Assembly (NCBI RefSeq): GCF_009914755.1
Contig: NC_060928.1
Reading direction: 5' to 3' (one strand)
Source: the human T2T-CHM13v2.0 reference genome, Homo sapiens
DNA length: 64,000 bases
The notes under the pieces were generated by a model. It was not told where the DNA came from, did not search any database, and saw only the letters and a program-made list of their open reading frames with translations. Below, piece by piece: positions 25,961 through 40,200 of the stretch. A program made the position numbers and the translations under genes. Numbering within the stretch: the stretch's first letter is position 1; each line of letters begins with the position of its first letter.

Positions 25961-26761
25961 GCTCCAAATGCTCTTTACAGATTGAAATCTCTACATTTCT
26001 GACATAAAAAAATGAGCTGAGCAAAGCATTTGGTATTGAAAATGCATCTGCTTTCTGACAACAGACAACTCATTGTTATTAAAATGCCACATCTTTTTTT
26101 TTAATTTACAGTACTTTTTTTTTTCTTTTGACAGGTGTCAGGATGAAATGCTCATGTATGAGAGCAACATAAAAATATCTGGAGTTGAATTTAAAGAGGA
26201 AGTTTCAGATGCAAAGAAAATGCAATGAACTATTTTTAAAATTTAACTTTAGCAAAATAAACAAAGGTGATTTTTACAGCTTCTTCATAATTTTTCATCC
26301 CATGGTCCTTTCCTGATAGTCCTGCTTTCAGTTAGATTTTTTTTTTCACAAGCCAATTAAATTGTACGTGACAATCTCTTTTCTATCACAATTGATCAAG
26401 CTTCTGAAAGACGGAAAAATGATAATGGAATAATTAGGAATTAGGCTATATAAACTGAATTATTTTCTAACTTTAAGATTTATTAACAATTCTTGGCAGT
26501 GCTCGTATCTAAATAGGTCTTGGAGTGTCTGTCCAAACATGTTCCCTTTTCTGAGAAATTTTCATCTCCCGTGTTCACATTATCACTCCTGAGACAGTTG
26601 ACTTTCACAACCCTTACTTGTGTGAGAAACAAGCCATATGCACTTTCCTCCAATAACACCCTCCACACAAGCCACAAATAAAGGATCAAGGGTAGGTTGA
26701 TTACCTAATACAACCAAACAGAGACCCTCTCACAAAAATTAGAAGTTGCCACACGAAGAAA

Positions 26762-27062
26762 CTTTATTCACTCGTCGATTGATGGGCATTTTGGTTGGTT
26801 CCAAGATTTTGCAATTGTGAATTGTAGGAGCTAAGCTATGAGGACACAAAGGCATAAAAATGATACAATGGAGTTTGGGGACTTGGGGGTAAGAGTGGGA
26901 GGGGGCGAGGGATGAAATACTACAAATATGGTGCAGTGTATACTGCTCAGGTGATGGGTGCACCAAAATCTCACAAATCAACACTAAAGAACTTACTCAT
27001 GTAACCAAATACAATCTGTACCCCAATAACTTATGGAAAAATAAAATAAAATAAAATAAAAT
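26762..27062 (+). mobile_element. Short L1PB-type insertion with 5' inversion
   Basis: 26762-26825 is antisense L1 (ttgatgggcattttggttggttcc). 26826-27062 is sense L1PB 3' UTR (gagctaagctatgaggac...gatgggtgcaccaaaatctcacaaatc) with an (AAAAT)n tail. Confidence 0.85.
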
Positions 27063-28489
27063 TTTAATTAGTTAGAACTAAGGTTTAAGGTTATTTAGAT
27101 ACAGTTCAAGAGTATCTATGTTGAAGTCAAATTTTGAGGCCCTCTTTATTGGAAAGAGTATATACTAGAAAATCTAGATTTAAAAATTAGAAAAATAAAT
27201 ATTCTGAAGAAACAAATGAGAGACTGAAAAATGAAACATAGTTTTTCTGGTAGTTTTCAGTTTCTTTTGTTGTTAGAGCCTTCCCTGGCACTTGAGTTTC
27301 AAGAAATGTGCCAATTTCTTCGTAATAGATTCCCCTTTACTAAAACTAGTTTATACTTGTTTCTCTTTTCGTTAAGAAATTATTTAGAAAAAAATTAAAT
27401 CGTTTATATTTATTTTCAAAAAACTTTCTGGCCTTTTTATTTTTCACATATTTTAAGCTTTGAGCATTTTAAGTTTGTTCTGTTTGCTTACTGCTAAATA
27501 ATTAGTTCCATTTCCTACCCTTGAAAATGTCACTAGGGAACAGAATGTTTGAAAGATAAGAAGACTAAAATCTTCCCTTGCTTGAAGCTATAAAAAAAAA
27601 TAACTCGAAGCTACATAACCTTCAAAAAGTTTAATCTGATAAAGTGTTAAATTAAGAACATTCTCCAATTCCCAGCCTTATATTTTGCTTAATATGAAGG
27701 CATGTACAAAAATATGCAATACTATTTTGCTTTTTATTATGAAATTGTCCTTGGAAATATTATTTTAACACAATATTTAAAAATTCAAATCTCAGAGAGT
27801 AATATGTCCTGTAAACAGAAACATTTAAATGTTATATGCTGTAATTATAATAATGTGGCTTTCTTAATAATGTTAAACTGCTAATAAATGTTTAATCCAC
27901 ATCTATTAACTTCTAAAAATTATGGATGCTTACAAAATATATTTTTTGAAGTAGTGAAATTAGATAATTTCTTCTCTTCCTGCACACTCGAAGATAAAAT
28001 AAAACATATAACTCTCTTGGCTTAATTAGTCTAAACTCAAGTAATGAGTTTTAAAATCTTTCTTTTGTTTATATGAATATTTCATAATTCTTATAATTTT
28101 AACGTTATTAGTTCTTTTATTTTACTTTGAAAAAATGTATTTATGAATTTTGTAAATTTACTAAAAGTAATTTGCTTGCAAAGAGAGCAAATTTTTTTCA
28201 CAGAAAAAAATGTGCAAACTCTGACATTTCATTGTATTTAAACTTTGCATATAAATAAAGCAACCTTTTATTTGTAGGTAAAGTGTCTAAATAATCTTTC
28301 CAGATATTTGAGTTTTGATTTCAATATATTTACTTATTGAGTAAAACTTATTTCTTATTTCTATTTTAAAGATACAGATGCAAAAGAAATGGAGAAATAA
28401 GCCTTTAAAGAAAATCTACTATGTGTTAAGCAGAATGCTGTATAGTTTATTATACAATTTTTAAATTAGTTTTTCTTTTCTTTTCTTCC

Positions 28490-28777
28490 CCCACTCACTC
28501 TCACCCAGATAGCGGCTCACTGTGTCTCCCAGGCTGTAGTGCAGTGGTGCAGTCACCCTCACTGCAGCCTCAACCTCTTGGGCTCAAGAAATCCTTCTAT
28601 GTCAGCCTCCCAAGTAGCTGAGACTAGGCGCCCGCAACCACACCTGGCTAAATTTTGTAGAGATGGGGGTTTCACTGTATTGCCCAGGCTGGTCTCGAAC
28701 TCCTGGGTTCAGGCAATCTGCCCATCTGAGCTTCCCAAACTGCTGGGATTACAGGCTAAAGTCACCACCCCTGGGTC
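28490..28777 (-). mobile_element. AluJ-like
   Basis: Diverged Alu with cactgcagcctcaacctcttgggctcaag and ttgcccaggctggtctcgaactcctggg. Confidence 0.88.
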
Positions 28778-28781
28778 TAAT

Positions 28782-28782
<1 letters not shown>

Positions 28783-28829
<47 letters not shown>

Positions 28830-28868
28830 TTTGTAGAGACGGGGTTTCACCATGTTGCCCAGGCTGGT
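28783..28868 (-). repeat. (TTTA)n microsatellite joined to a ~36-bp Alu left-arm fragment
   Basis: About 12 TTTA units followed by gtagagacggggtttcaccatgttgcccaggctgg. Confidence 0.85.
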
Positions 28869-30549
28869 AAATCTCTTTTAATCATGCAAATAATTGTAAT
28901 AGGAATTTTTAAAGATGAATTCCCTAAAATGAAGTATCTTTTCCAGGTACACAACCAGTATGTCCTGACTAGATTTTAAATTGAGATTTCATTTTATTAC
29001 ATATACTTGCGTTAGGCTTTTTCTCATGAACTCATTAAAAAGTTCTCTTTCATTTTCAATAATAATTGGGTTTTCTAGCTCCTAAACCAGTCAATTATTT
29101 GAGCTTAATAATATTTGTGTCAATCATAATCATAAAATATTTGGTAAAAATATTAGACTCTTCAGGAAAACCTTCTGAGGAACCTATCTATTCTTGACAT
29201 TGCACCCTAGGCATGAACTAACCTGGGGTGAGCTATGAATGAGTTAGCTATGTTCAAACCCCAAAATGACACCCTTTTTCTTCTTCTCTGTACTCTTGTC
29301 ATTGTGTTGCTTCCAGATTGTCTCTTTTTGCCATTCAATTGTTTCACTTTTTAATTTTTCCCACGTGACTTTCTTACTATCATTTAATTCTCATTTTTTT
29401 CCTCCCACATTTATTTTTCAAAAATATGGTAGCTTCCAACTTTATCTAGTGATTGTACAGCATTATGAAAATAGTTCTATCCTCACTTGTTTCCGTGAGG
29501 TTTGTAGAATTTTCCTGGAGCTGGGTCAGTCAATTTGGTAATAAGTAATAAGCTTTGCTACATTCCAAGTCAATCACATATTTAACCCCTTAAAGTTTAC
29601 TGTCAGTTCTGCAGTCTCATTTGTCAAATGTGTTTTTGTTTATTTATTCAATTTGTTTATTCAACTAAAATTAAATTAGATGACGGATATAAAATGTCCT
29701 TCAGAACTCTATCTAAATCATAACTCTAGTCTTTGCCTTGATTCATGTTTATGTACATATTTGCTGGCACCTTTATATTGTACATATAACTATATATAAT
29801 TCTTTCCAACTTTGGGAAGTTTAATATTGTGACATAAAATTGTATGACAAATGTCACTTTAATAAGACTTTAAATACAACAGGACTCATGATTTAATATG
29901 TCTCAGTAAAAGCAAAGGTAAAAAAATTCATTTGTAATTATCTGTGACATAGTTTTATTAGGAATATTTACTTTTGTCTTGATTATACATCATTGTATCA
30001 TTGCCTTACAAAACAACAAAGTTAACCTTACAACTTGATGACAAGGTAATGTTGAAAGCAACTTAATTTATAGCAAGTGATAGCTAAGATTTACAATATA
30101 TTACTAACTTTTTTAATATAATGAAGAAAGCATAATGCTTCATATAATGAAGAAAGCATAAATGCTTTCAAATAATCTCAGAACTTTTAGTTTCTTAAAT
30201 TCACTCTAGAAGCTAGAAAAAGTCAAGTGTATTATGAATTTTTAACACATAAATCACAGAGAGATTTGGTCCTCAGAATAATCCATCTGCTACAGTTTAA
30301 AATTATGTATGGTTAACTAATAGAAATGCTTTAAAAATAATTATATATTGTTTATTAAAACATCAGTGTGACACATAGTGGTGAAAATGTCACCAAATTT
30401 TGTATTTTAGTAATTTCACTGAGATTTTTGGTAGAAAACTATATAGTATATATTTCTTTATACTTGTTCAATGCCTAATTTAAAATCTTACAGTATATAT
30501 ATATATCATACATACAAAAACATACTCTCTCTATATATGGTTTTAATAA

Positions 30550-32150
30550 TAAGTAAGCAACATCTGAATATTTACCATCAAATTTCTGAATTTTAGTAAC
30601 ATGTTGACTGCTCAATGTGTACCTTTTAATTTTACATAATATCCACTTCTCCCTCAGGAAATTAATAACCTGAAATTAGTGTTATATATTGAAATTAGTG
30701 TTATAGATTGCCAATTTTTAGAGTTTTACCGTTTGTTTATGCCTATTTTTGAAATTTATGTAAATAGCATCATATGGAATATAATGATGAGGTATTTGGA
30801 GGCTATAATTATAAAGTCAAGATTATCAATATAAAGTTAATATCAAAATTGGAAAATTACTGTATTTACATATATAAAATAATCCACTGTATGAATATAC
30901 CACAAGCTGTTTATATATTACATTGTTGAATGACTACTGTTTTATGACCCTTCATTTATTATTACTGAAAATTATGCTATATTCTTGAACATTTATTCTG
31001 AGGCACATGGCAAGAAACTTTTCATGGGTATGTAAGAAGTTAAAAGTACACATATCTTTAACTTCAATAATTAATGCAAAAGTATTTTCTAAAGTGCTTG
31101 TAACAATTTTCCTCCTAAGAGCATACTGATGAAACCCATGTATTGCAGACTATATTTTTCTGACAATTTGCTGAGAGTGAAACATTATCTCATTATGGTT
31201 TTTAATTAGAGATGAGGTTGAATAATTTTTCATACGTTATTGATTATTTGTTTTTCATCTTCTGTATAATGTTTGCTAATGTGTTATTGCTTATTTTGCT
31301 AGTAAATTGTTCCTTTAATTGATTCATGGGAGTTGTTCATATATTTTACGTAAAAATTATTTGCCGATTTTAAGTATTGTAGATATCTTCTAGTTGTGGC
31401 TTGTCTTTCTGCTAAATTTCCATCATATTTTGATGAAAATAATTTTAAATTTCATATAGTTGTAGCTTAAATTTTATCTTCCTTTATTCTAATATTTTCC
31501 TTCAATGAGATCATAGCACCATTAGGATATTTTTATAGATTATTTGGAAAAACATAACATTCACAAATAAATTAATTATCTTTCTGGAATTGTTGTTTGT
31601 AACTGGCATAAAGAAAGAATAAAAGTCTATTTACTTTATATGATTAATGAATTTTTCTGGTACCGTTTTCTTATTTTCCCACTCATTTGCAATAGCAGCT
31701 TAGTATCATATAAAAATTTCACAGGTGTCTGAAAATTTCCTTATTGTTATACACAGATATTGCTGCACCAACCACATTGTTTTAAACAATGAGGCTACAC
31801 AAATAATGTATGAATATCTAGTAGGTTATTCTTCACACCATTGTCTTACTTTTCACATTTTTGATAGCCATCTCTAGCATATATGTTTTATAACTTTTTT
31901 TTACTTTATTCACATTAATGCTACAAATCAAACGAAGGATAACAAATTACCTAACAAATCTGCATCCTATTAGCATGACATGTCTCTCCATTAATTTTCA
32001 TCTTACATATTTTTCAGTAAAATTTTATGATTGTCTCCGTTAAGGTCTTGTAATTCTTTTGTTCAGTATATTCCTTGTTAGATCATATTTACATGACAAA
32101 TTATATTATTTTGAATTAAAATATGTAACTTCTTATTGCTGATTTATAAA
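30550..32150 (-). mobile_element. Highly diverged L1M fragment(s)
   Basis: T-rich antisense L1 motifs (atccactgtatgaatataccaca, tatctcattatggttttta, gatgaggttgaa); limits approximate. Confidence 0.6.
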
Positions 32151-33316
32151 AATGAATACTAAAGATCTAACCTGAGAGGAGAGAAAGCTCTGTTCACATC
32201 ATTATTTGGCAGAGGAGAATACTCCAAAGATTGATTTATTTGATTGTAGAACTCCATTGCAGATTCCTTAGTCTGAATGATTCGACTGCCTATTAATCCT
32301 TTAAGAATCTACACTCCAGAAAGTCCAATGCAGTGTGAATAGAAAGACTATATTTTCTAACTTAAAAAAAGTGTTTTTGAAATCATATCACATGATTGTG
32401 AATGAATCATACATCTCAAATTGGGTTAGGCTAGGGAGGGGAGCAGAGACTAGGTGGATTTATGTTTTGCTCAGCTTGACTAGCTTCACTTTAAAATTCC
32501 AATTTTGAAATTTCTGAGTTATACCTAACTTTATAAGTAACTTCACCTCACAAGAAAGCAACATAATTTTTCACCGGAAAGAGGAGGTCAAGGAGAGATC
32601 CTGTACTGTATTTGACATTTCTTCAATTGCAGTCTTCAATCTCCACCATAGTGGAGTGACAGTGGTCATAAAGACACCCAATTCCACATTCAATAAAGAC
32701 TTTCAATACAGAATGAGTCTTTGGATTTATAGCTTTACCTTTCCTACATTTAATAACTATGTAATTCATCAAATAGAGATTTTCTATTTGAAGATTAGAA
32801 AAGGAAAAATGAAAGGCAACATTTACTGCTGCCTCTGGTTTTATTTTCAAATTCAGGATCTTACTAATTTACATAAATACTAGTGATATTTTAAACAGTG
32901 CAAACTTAAATGAATCTCATTAATCCCCATTGACTACTATGCAAGAGTGTTTAGTGGTCTTCTCTCTTACATATCTATCTCTAACATCAAGCCAGCTGCC
33001 TGATACATGATTGCCAGAGAAGTTCATATTTTCTATTCACTTGTGCTCAGTGAAACTCCTAGCCAACAGCAGTGAGAAGTTAAAACAAGAAGTATGCTGA
33101 GAACTACTAGTAAATACTTAAGACTGAGTTATTTCTATATGCCAAACTCTATCTCATGAGGATGAAATGGGCATTATGTTAACCCTCTTTATGGCAGCTT
33201 TCACTAATGTTCAAATAGGATCAGAATCAACAGCTGCTAAGTGACAGGACAGTTAGAACATAGAAATGTCTGAAACTAAAACACGCAATTTTAACCATTG
33301 TGCAAAGAACATATAG

Positions 33317-33318
33317 TA

Positions 33319-33354
<36 letters not shown>
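33317..33354. repeat. (TG)n(TA)n microsatellite
   Basis: Read directly. Confidence 0.9.
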
Positions 33355-33737
33355 AAATTCCTGATTATGTTTCTGGAAATCCTCTTCATCAAGTGTCTCT
33401 TAATATGAGTCATTTAATCTGGTGGTAGTTTTGACTTTTTTTTTAACTTCCTCTTTCACATAGAAACTTAAGGAACCTTAGCCCAGGATAAAAAGTAAAG
33501 CTCAACTGCCATGAGGGGAAGCTGCTATTAGATCTTGCCAGTAACTGAAGTCTAAGAAGGTATGAATAATGGGAATTCTAGGCAAAATGTTTGAGATAAG
33601 CCTGTAAGAAAAGATCAAGACATTCTAAAGTTATGCATATGTTTCAAATTTATTTGGCTGAGGAACAAGCAAAAATAACTATGGTATGATAGAGGATAAT
33701 ACCAGCTCACTGCTTTTGAAAATCTAAGTACATGTTC

Positions 33738-34104
33738 TGTCTTAGTCCAGTCAGCCTACGATAAGAAAATTACCATAAACTGAGTGAAATATACAATGGA
33801 AATGTATTTCTCACAGTTTTGGAGGCTTGGAAGTCCAAGATCAAGGTGCTGGCAGATTCACTTTCTGGTGAAGGCCATCTTCCTAGTCCATAGATAGCCC
33901 TCTTCTTGCTGCATCCTTACCTGGTGTAAAAGGTGAGGGTGCTCTCTGAAGTTTCTTTTATAAGGGCACTAATAATCCCATTTATAAGGATTCTGCCCTC
34001 ATGAGCTAGTAAACCTCCCAAAGGCCCTACCTCCTAATACCATCATTAGGGATTAGATATCAACATGTGCATTTTGGAAGGACACAAATATTCATTTTAT
34101 AGTG
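33738..34104 (-). mobile_element. MLT1A-like solo LTR
   Basis: tgtcttagtcc...tctcacagttttggaggct..gaagtccaagatcaaggtgctggcagatt. Confidence 0.85.
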
Positions 34105-34176
34105 AGTGCTCTATGGCTATGATGTACATCTTTTGAAATATAATTACATGTCAGTATTTGACAGGGCTAAGATTAC

Positions 34177-34556
34177 TGTGTTAGTTTTCTAAGAGTGCTA
34201 CAACAAAGTACCACCGAAATGGGTGGCTTAAACAACAGAAATTTATCTTCACAATTTTAGAGGCTAGAGGTCCCAAGTTCAAGGCGGGTTTCCTCCAAGG
34301 ACTTGCTTCTAAATTGTAGACAGCTGTCCTCTCCTGACATCTCCATGCTGTGTTTCTTCTGCGAGCCTTTGCCTTAATCTTTGCTTTTTATGGGGACATG
34401 CATCATATTGGATTAATGTCTACCCTAATGACCTTATTCTAACTTAATTGCTTCTCTAAAGTCCCATCACCAAATACAATTACAATCCAAATTACTGGGG
34501 CTTAGAATCCATATTTTGACATATAAATTTGTAAGGGACACATTCATCCCTTAACA
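34177..34556 (-). mobile_element. MLT1B/C-like solo LTR
   Basis: tgtgttagtttt...gggtggcttaaacaacagaaatttat...cccttaaca. Flanks attac / attgc. Confidence 0.85.
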
Positions 34557-34683
34557 ATTGCCATATACATTATAGGCTTTATTTGTATTTGATTATCCAA
34601 TTAAACATAATGAAGTCTCTTTAATAGGATTCAAAATTCAAACACTGTGTCATGAATACTCTATTTGTATTCAAATATGTATA

Positions 34684-35043
34684 TGCTATAATCTGAATGT
34701 TGGTGTCGTCCCAAAATTCATGTTAAAACCTAATGACCAATGGAATAGTATTAAGAGGTGGGGATTTTGGAAGGTTATTAGGTCATGAGGGCTCCATCCT
34801 CATGAACGGGATTAATGCCCTATAAAAAGGCTCAGGGGAGCCAGTTTACCCCTTCTGCCATGTGAGGATGCAGGAAGAAGTTCCCTCCCTACTTTAAAGC
34901 AAAGGCAGAGCTCTCATCAGACTGAACCTGCCAGCACTTTGATTTTGAACTTCTCAGCCTCCAGGGCTGTGAGCAATAAATTTATATTGTTTATCAATTA
35001 CCCAGTCAAGGTAATTTTTTATAGAAACAAAAATTGATAAAAC
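34684..35043 (+). mobile_element. MLT1A-like solo LTR
   Basis: tgctataatctgaatgtt...cccaaaattcatg...ggtcatgagggctccatcctcatgaacgggatta...gtgagcaataaattt. Confidence 0.85.
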
Positions 35044-35219
35044 CATTATGCTTTCATTTCTTTACAGTATTTTGTACTATTTTGATGAGATATTAAAATG
35101 ATAAGATCTTAAATTAAGTGGTATGTACTCAGGTATTCATTTTATTACTACAGTTTGAAATTACATATGTATTATAAATATCCAGTAATTTGATAATATC
35201 AAATATTACAAATAAACAT

Positions 35220-35520
35220 AGACTTAACATGGTGACTCAACCCTGTAATTGCAGTACTTTGGGAAACCAAGTTGAGAGGATCACTTGAAGCCAGCAGTTC
35301 AGAACCATCCTAGGTAATAAGCCCCTATCGCTACAAAAATTTTTAAAAGCTTATTCGGGTATGATAGTGTGTGCTTGTAGTCCTAGCTACTCAGGAAGCT
35401 GAGGCAGGAGAATCAGTTGATCCCAGAAGCTCAAAGTTACAGTCATCTATGATCGTGCCATTGTACTCAGTCTTGGCAACGGAGAAAGGTCTCTCCAACA
35501 TAAAAGTTAAAAAATTAAAA
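35220..35520 (+). mobile_element. Diverged AluJ-like
   Basis: ggtgactcaaccctgtaattgcagtactttggga...gctgaggcaggagaatc, with an A-rich tail. Confidence 0.85.
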
Positions 35521-38500
35521 ATTAATAACCCATAGTTTATAAATATAGAATAACACTCTCCATTCTGAAGAACTGATAATGGCAAAGTAAAAAGGCAATA
35601 TTCATGTTAAGGAGGCAACTTAGAATCTCAACTACAACAAATTGACGAGTAGCAGATGGAACTTGCATAGTAGTAGCACATGTACAAGATATTAGGTAGA
35701 ATATTGGAAAAATGGTGAAAAAGGAAATGTATGATTCACATAAGAAAACTATAGATCAAATCATTAAAAATCACCATGGCTTTAGAAATAGTCTTTTTGA
35801 ATATTTTTTCAAAAGTTTTGAGACACGTATTTCTGCTATATTAAATCTTGATGTTCAGACTGTGAAAAAACAAAATTACTTCACAGGGACTATCTAAGGC
35901 TATCAACTAACAATAAACACTTTTAGACTCTTAATATGTAATAGGGTAGGTGTATGTCATGTGAACACATTTTACTAGTAAACACATGTTCCCAGAAAAA
36001 AATGTCAACTGCACTATAATAGGAAAATCATGTCCAGGTCATTTGGCCTTCCGAAAACTGAACTCTCTACTTCTAGCTTGAGAAAAGAATGTCATCACCA
36101 GCTATATTTCTTCAGAGATAGAACTTTAATAAGAACACAAACTTTTGATGACTTTATTACATGGAATGCCAATGGTAGTTGACCTTTCTAGTTTAAACTG
36201 AAGCCATATAATTTATGTATAGCTGCTATACCGAGAGCTATAGAAAAATGACAGTAACGTTTTGTACATTCTAAATACGCTATCTTACAACAATACATTT
36301 TCTGTCCTGCAATCAATTTAATGATTTCTGCAATTTTTTTTACTTTTTATATATTAAACTTACATTTTTTTCTTTTCTTACACAGCATAGATACTGCAAT
36401 ATTATAGTTATATCCACGTTTTTAGGGACATAACCTTAAAGATGCATAATTTTAATATTCATCATTGCATGCTAAGACACATTTGAGAAAAATATATCCC
36501 TCCACATTTTCCCAAAGCTGTACTCACTTAATTGTATCATTTACTTCTTTCATCTGCATTTTGAAAATACCTCCACCCTAGGAACTAAATAGTAATTGTT
36601 TCTTAAAAATATGTATGTATTTTAAACTTAATTTATTTTAGTTAAAAGACTTTATCTTCTTTACTATTATATCCTAGAAATGAGTACAAATCCAAACACA
36701 TAAGAATAGGTAAACTATGCTATTAAAATGGGTACAAAATCTGAACAGGCTATTGAAAATTAAAAAAACAAACAATACAATCTCACTTCTTATGATTATT
36801 AAGAGGGTCCCTAAAAAATACACTCACCTTTCATGTTCCATCTTTAAAAAGATTAGATAAAGAAACATTAAATGGGTATAGAGATCAAAATATCACCTAC
36901 CATCCTGGCAATGATACACTGGGTTATGCTACTTGATTGAAAGTCCACTGGGCCTGCTCTCTGAATCCCAGATTTACCACTTTGTTTGCAGACAACACTG
37001 AAATGAGCAGGTCACTCCCCATGGGAGGTGGACATAGACTAGACCTATTTATAAATCCTAAAGAAGATTTAAAACCTAAAGGGAAGCAAAGAAAATAGCT
37101 GTAGCTGCACTATGCATGCCAATTTTACCCCAACAAAGTGTGTTTATCTGATAAGTCGCTTCGTCTATCTAATGCATTTAAAATTAGAAATTGGCATAAT
37201 TTACCTGCAAAATAGGGAAACTGACCACATGAGCTTTCAACCTGATAGCAGCAGAAATAAAGAGAACATTTACTCACTTTTGTAAACAGGCTTGTTTGGA
37301 CACAAGAAGTCAGGCAAAAATTTCAATCACAGGTGCCAAGCTCTCCCTGCTAATAGCTGTACTCATGGAAAGAGGAAGAGAGAGAGACAGACAGGCAGAG
37401 AGATCAGAGAGAGAGACTCCCACATGCCTTTAAATGATTTTCCTGGAGAATGTCTACAGCCATGACTAAAATTTAGTGACAGTTCCATTTTTATCAGTAC
37501 AAAACAGACCTTTTATTAAACCATCTCTTAAGTAAAACTCACTTGTATGTCAAACCTAGATTTATTAGGAAGTGTTTCAGTAAGAATTGTAAATAAAAAT
37601 GGCTTGCCAGAGTCAAATTGTGAGTGAGTGGGAAAAAAATCCATGTCGTTGATGATTTTTGGTTAAAAATGAGCTTCAGCATGTTTCTTCATTGCAACTG
37701 AAAATAGTAGGTTACACCCAATTCTTGTTTCTCTGGTTTTGGATTCTGTAACAGTAACTCACAGTACACCTAAAAGTATGAACTTCATTGCCATAGTCTC
37801 CTCTAGTTGGAAAAGATAAAGTCACATGAAGCCTGCATTTTTTGAATTAAAGAGAGGTCTAAAAGTACTTTAAATATAATATCACAGAATTGTTACAGTG
37901 TATTTAAATGAAATTGATGTCACTGAAAGCTGTCATCTAGCTGTAGAGGGCCAGTGTCTCTTCACAGCCAGCTTTCATCTCAGGAAGCAGCTTTCTCCAG
38001 ACATGCTGAACCTTCATTTATTTTGTCAAGAAAAATAAACAGCTGCTTTCTTTCTTCCCATGATAAATAAAGTCTTTTCAACTGGAAAGAATAAGATTGG
38101 GTCCACATAATAAATTACTATGTCAATAAGGTACTATTGATTCTTGGGGTAATCGTCCTTAAACTATGTGGGATAAGATAATTCTGCTAAGTAGATCTAA
38201 TGTTATTCAGGGGTAATATAAGGTATTTGTATAAAATAAGGAAAAAGGATCATAAATTTTAAAAACTTTATGCAGAATTACACATAATATGTTTTATAAC
38301 AACCTATGAATGGAACTCCAAAATCAGTAAAATGATTAATTAATATGCATGGAGTGATCCATTGAGACATAGTGCTGTTTTTTGGAAGAGAGGAAGCTTC
38401 CTTTGCCTTTTAATCATTGTTATTTTGGACATTTCTTCAGTAGTTTTTAAAGATTAGGCTGCAATATGGAGATAGAAGATAATTGCAAATCTCCCTGTCT

Positions 38501-38713
38501 TAAAATAAATCTTTCACATTTTTCTGTGTAGTATCTTGCTTAAAAGCATATAAAATTATTGCTTTAGTTTATTTCTTCAAACGTGGTCATTGAATACCAT
38601 GTTAAATAATAAAATATAAGAAAAAATAATGCTTGTCATATTGAATCTTTAGTTTTATGTATATCCAATTTCTTGTTTCTAAATATGTGGATGAATCGCT
38701 TTAAAATATTTTC

Positions 38714-38954
38714 CTGAGGCGGGTGGATCACGAGGTTAGGAGTTCAAGACCAGCCTGGCCACGATGGTGAAACTCCATCTCTACTAAAAATGCAAAAATT
38801 AGCCAGGCGTGGTGGCAGCTGCCTGTAATCCCAGCTACTCAGGAGGCTGAGGCAGGAGAATTGCTTGAACCCGGAGGTTGCAGTGAGCCGAGATAGTGCC
38901 ATTGCACGCCAGCCTGTGTGACAGAGCAAGACTCTGTCTCAAAAAAAAAAAAAA
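38714..38954 (+). mobile_element. 5'-truncated AluS
   Basis: Starts ctgaggcgggtggatcacgagg and ends in an A-tail. Confidence 0.93.
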
Positions 38955-40093
38955 TTCCCAACCATACTGATTCACGTTCTTGATAATTATTCTTGATAAT
39001 TTTTCTAACAAGCAAGTAATTTTATAACATTTGTCATTAAAAATATTATAGTAAGTCAGTCATAGCACAATTATGTACATGCTAATTACAATCAAAGTCC
39101 TGTCTCTATCTCTAAACTCATCCCGAAACAATATACTAAGAAATTCACTTCCCACTTCCAAATTCCTAAATGTTACATTAATGTGCATCTCAGTCTTAAT
39201 ATATTAAAAGCAAAATTGATTATATTTGTCTCCTCTCTACTGCACAAATTAGTTTCTCCTATATTCTTCTCATTTAATTAGCACCTGCAAAACCAAATCT
39301 GCAAATAATCGCTTGATTCCTCCTAGTTGCTCTTAATAGATCATCTTTCATCAATTCCTGCCATCAAATATAATTCAAATCCATTTATTTTCACTGCTGA
39401 CATTAACTCCTACCTGTAGTACTACCATAGCTTTAAACTGACCCCCTGCTGCCAAGCTACAAGCCTTACTCCACGTAATAACTAGGGTGAATTTTTAAAC
39501 ATAAATAGTTTATATTATTCTCCTGCTTAAGATTTATCATGCCAGATTTAACACTTATCAAAACGGCCAAAATCAAGCCCCCAGAGACAAAGGCAAGTAA
39601 ACAAAATCCTACAGACTATGGATGGTAGCTTACATTTGGATGTAGGGAATGGCATAGGAAGAACAAAATTGGCACAGGGACATCAGCTAATCCCTGATAT
39701 AAAACCTCAGTCTCTCTGGAATGAATGTAAAATCTGAAGATTTTCTGGAATGATAATAAACAATGGTACTAAATGCGAAAGATAGCAAAGCAGGCATTTA
39801 AATTTGATTGTCTTGGGTCTAAGCACCAATTCTTGAGCTGGGTACATAGAAGGAGCATCATTTCAAGGAAACCATCACCAAGATGAAGCACACAAAAAAT
39901 CATACTGTCATCTAGGACCAACAGAGTAGAGCTTGTCAGCCCTCTTGACAACCATGTATATGTAACTTTTAGAAGAAGCAGAAAGAAAAGAGGTACCATT
40001 TTAATTTAGATATTATTTTTATATATAATTGCATAGATTTATGTATACATATGCATAAATATACACAATAATATATAGTGAAAAATAAAATCA

Positions 40094-40200
40094 GATCAAC
40101 TTAGAATGTTAAGTGTTTATTGTGCATATAAAAAACCCACTTTATGATCAACTTAGAATGTTAAGTGTTTATTGTGGATACAAAAAAAAAAAACACTTCA
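40094..40200. repeat. Tandem duplication, period 52 bp, at the end of a probable old ERV1 LTR (~40078-40560)
   Basis: gatcaacttagaatgttaagtgtttattgtg occurs identically at 40094 and 40146. Confidence 0.9.
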
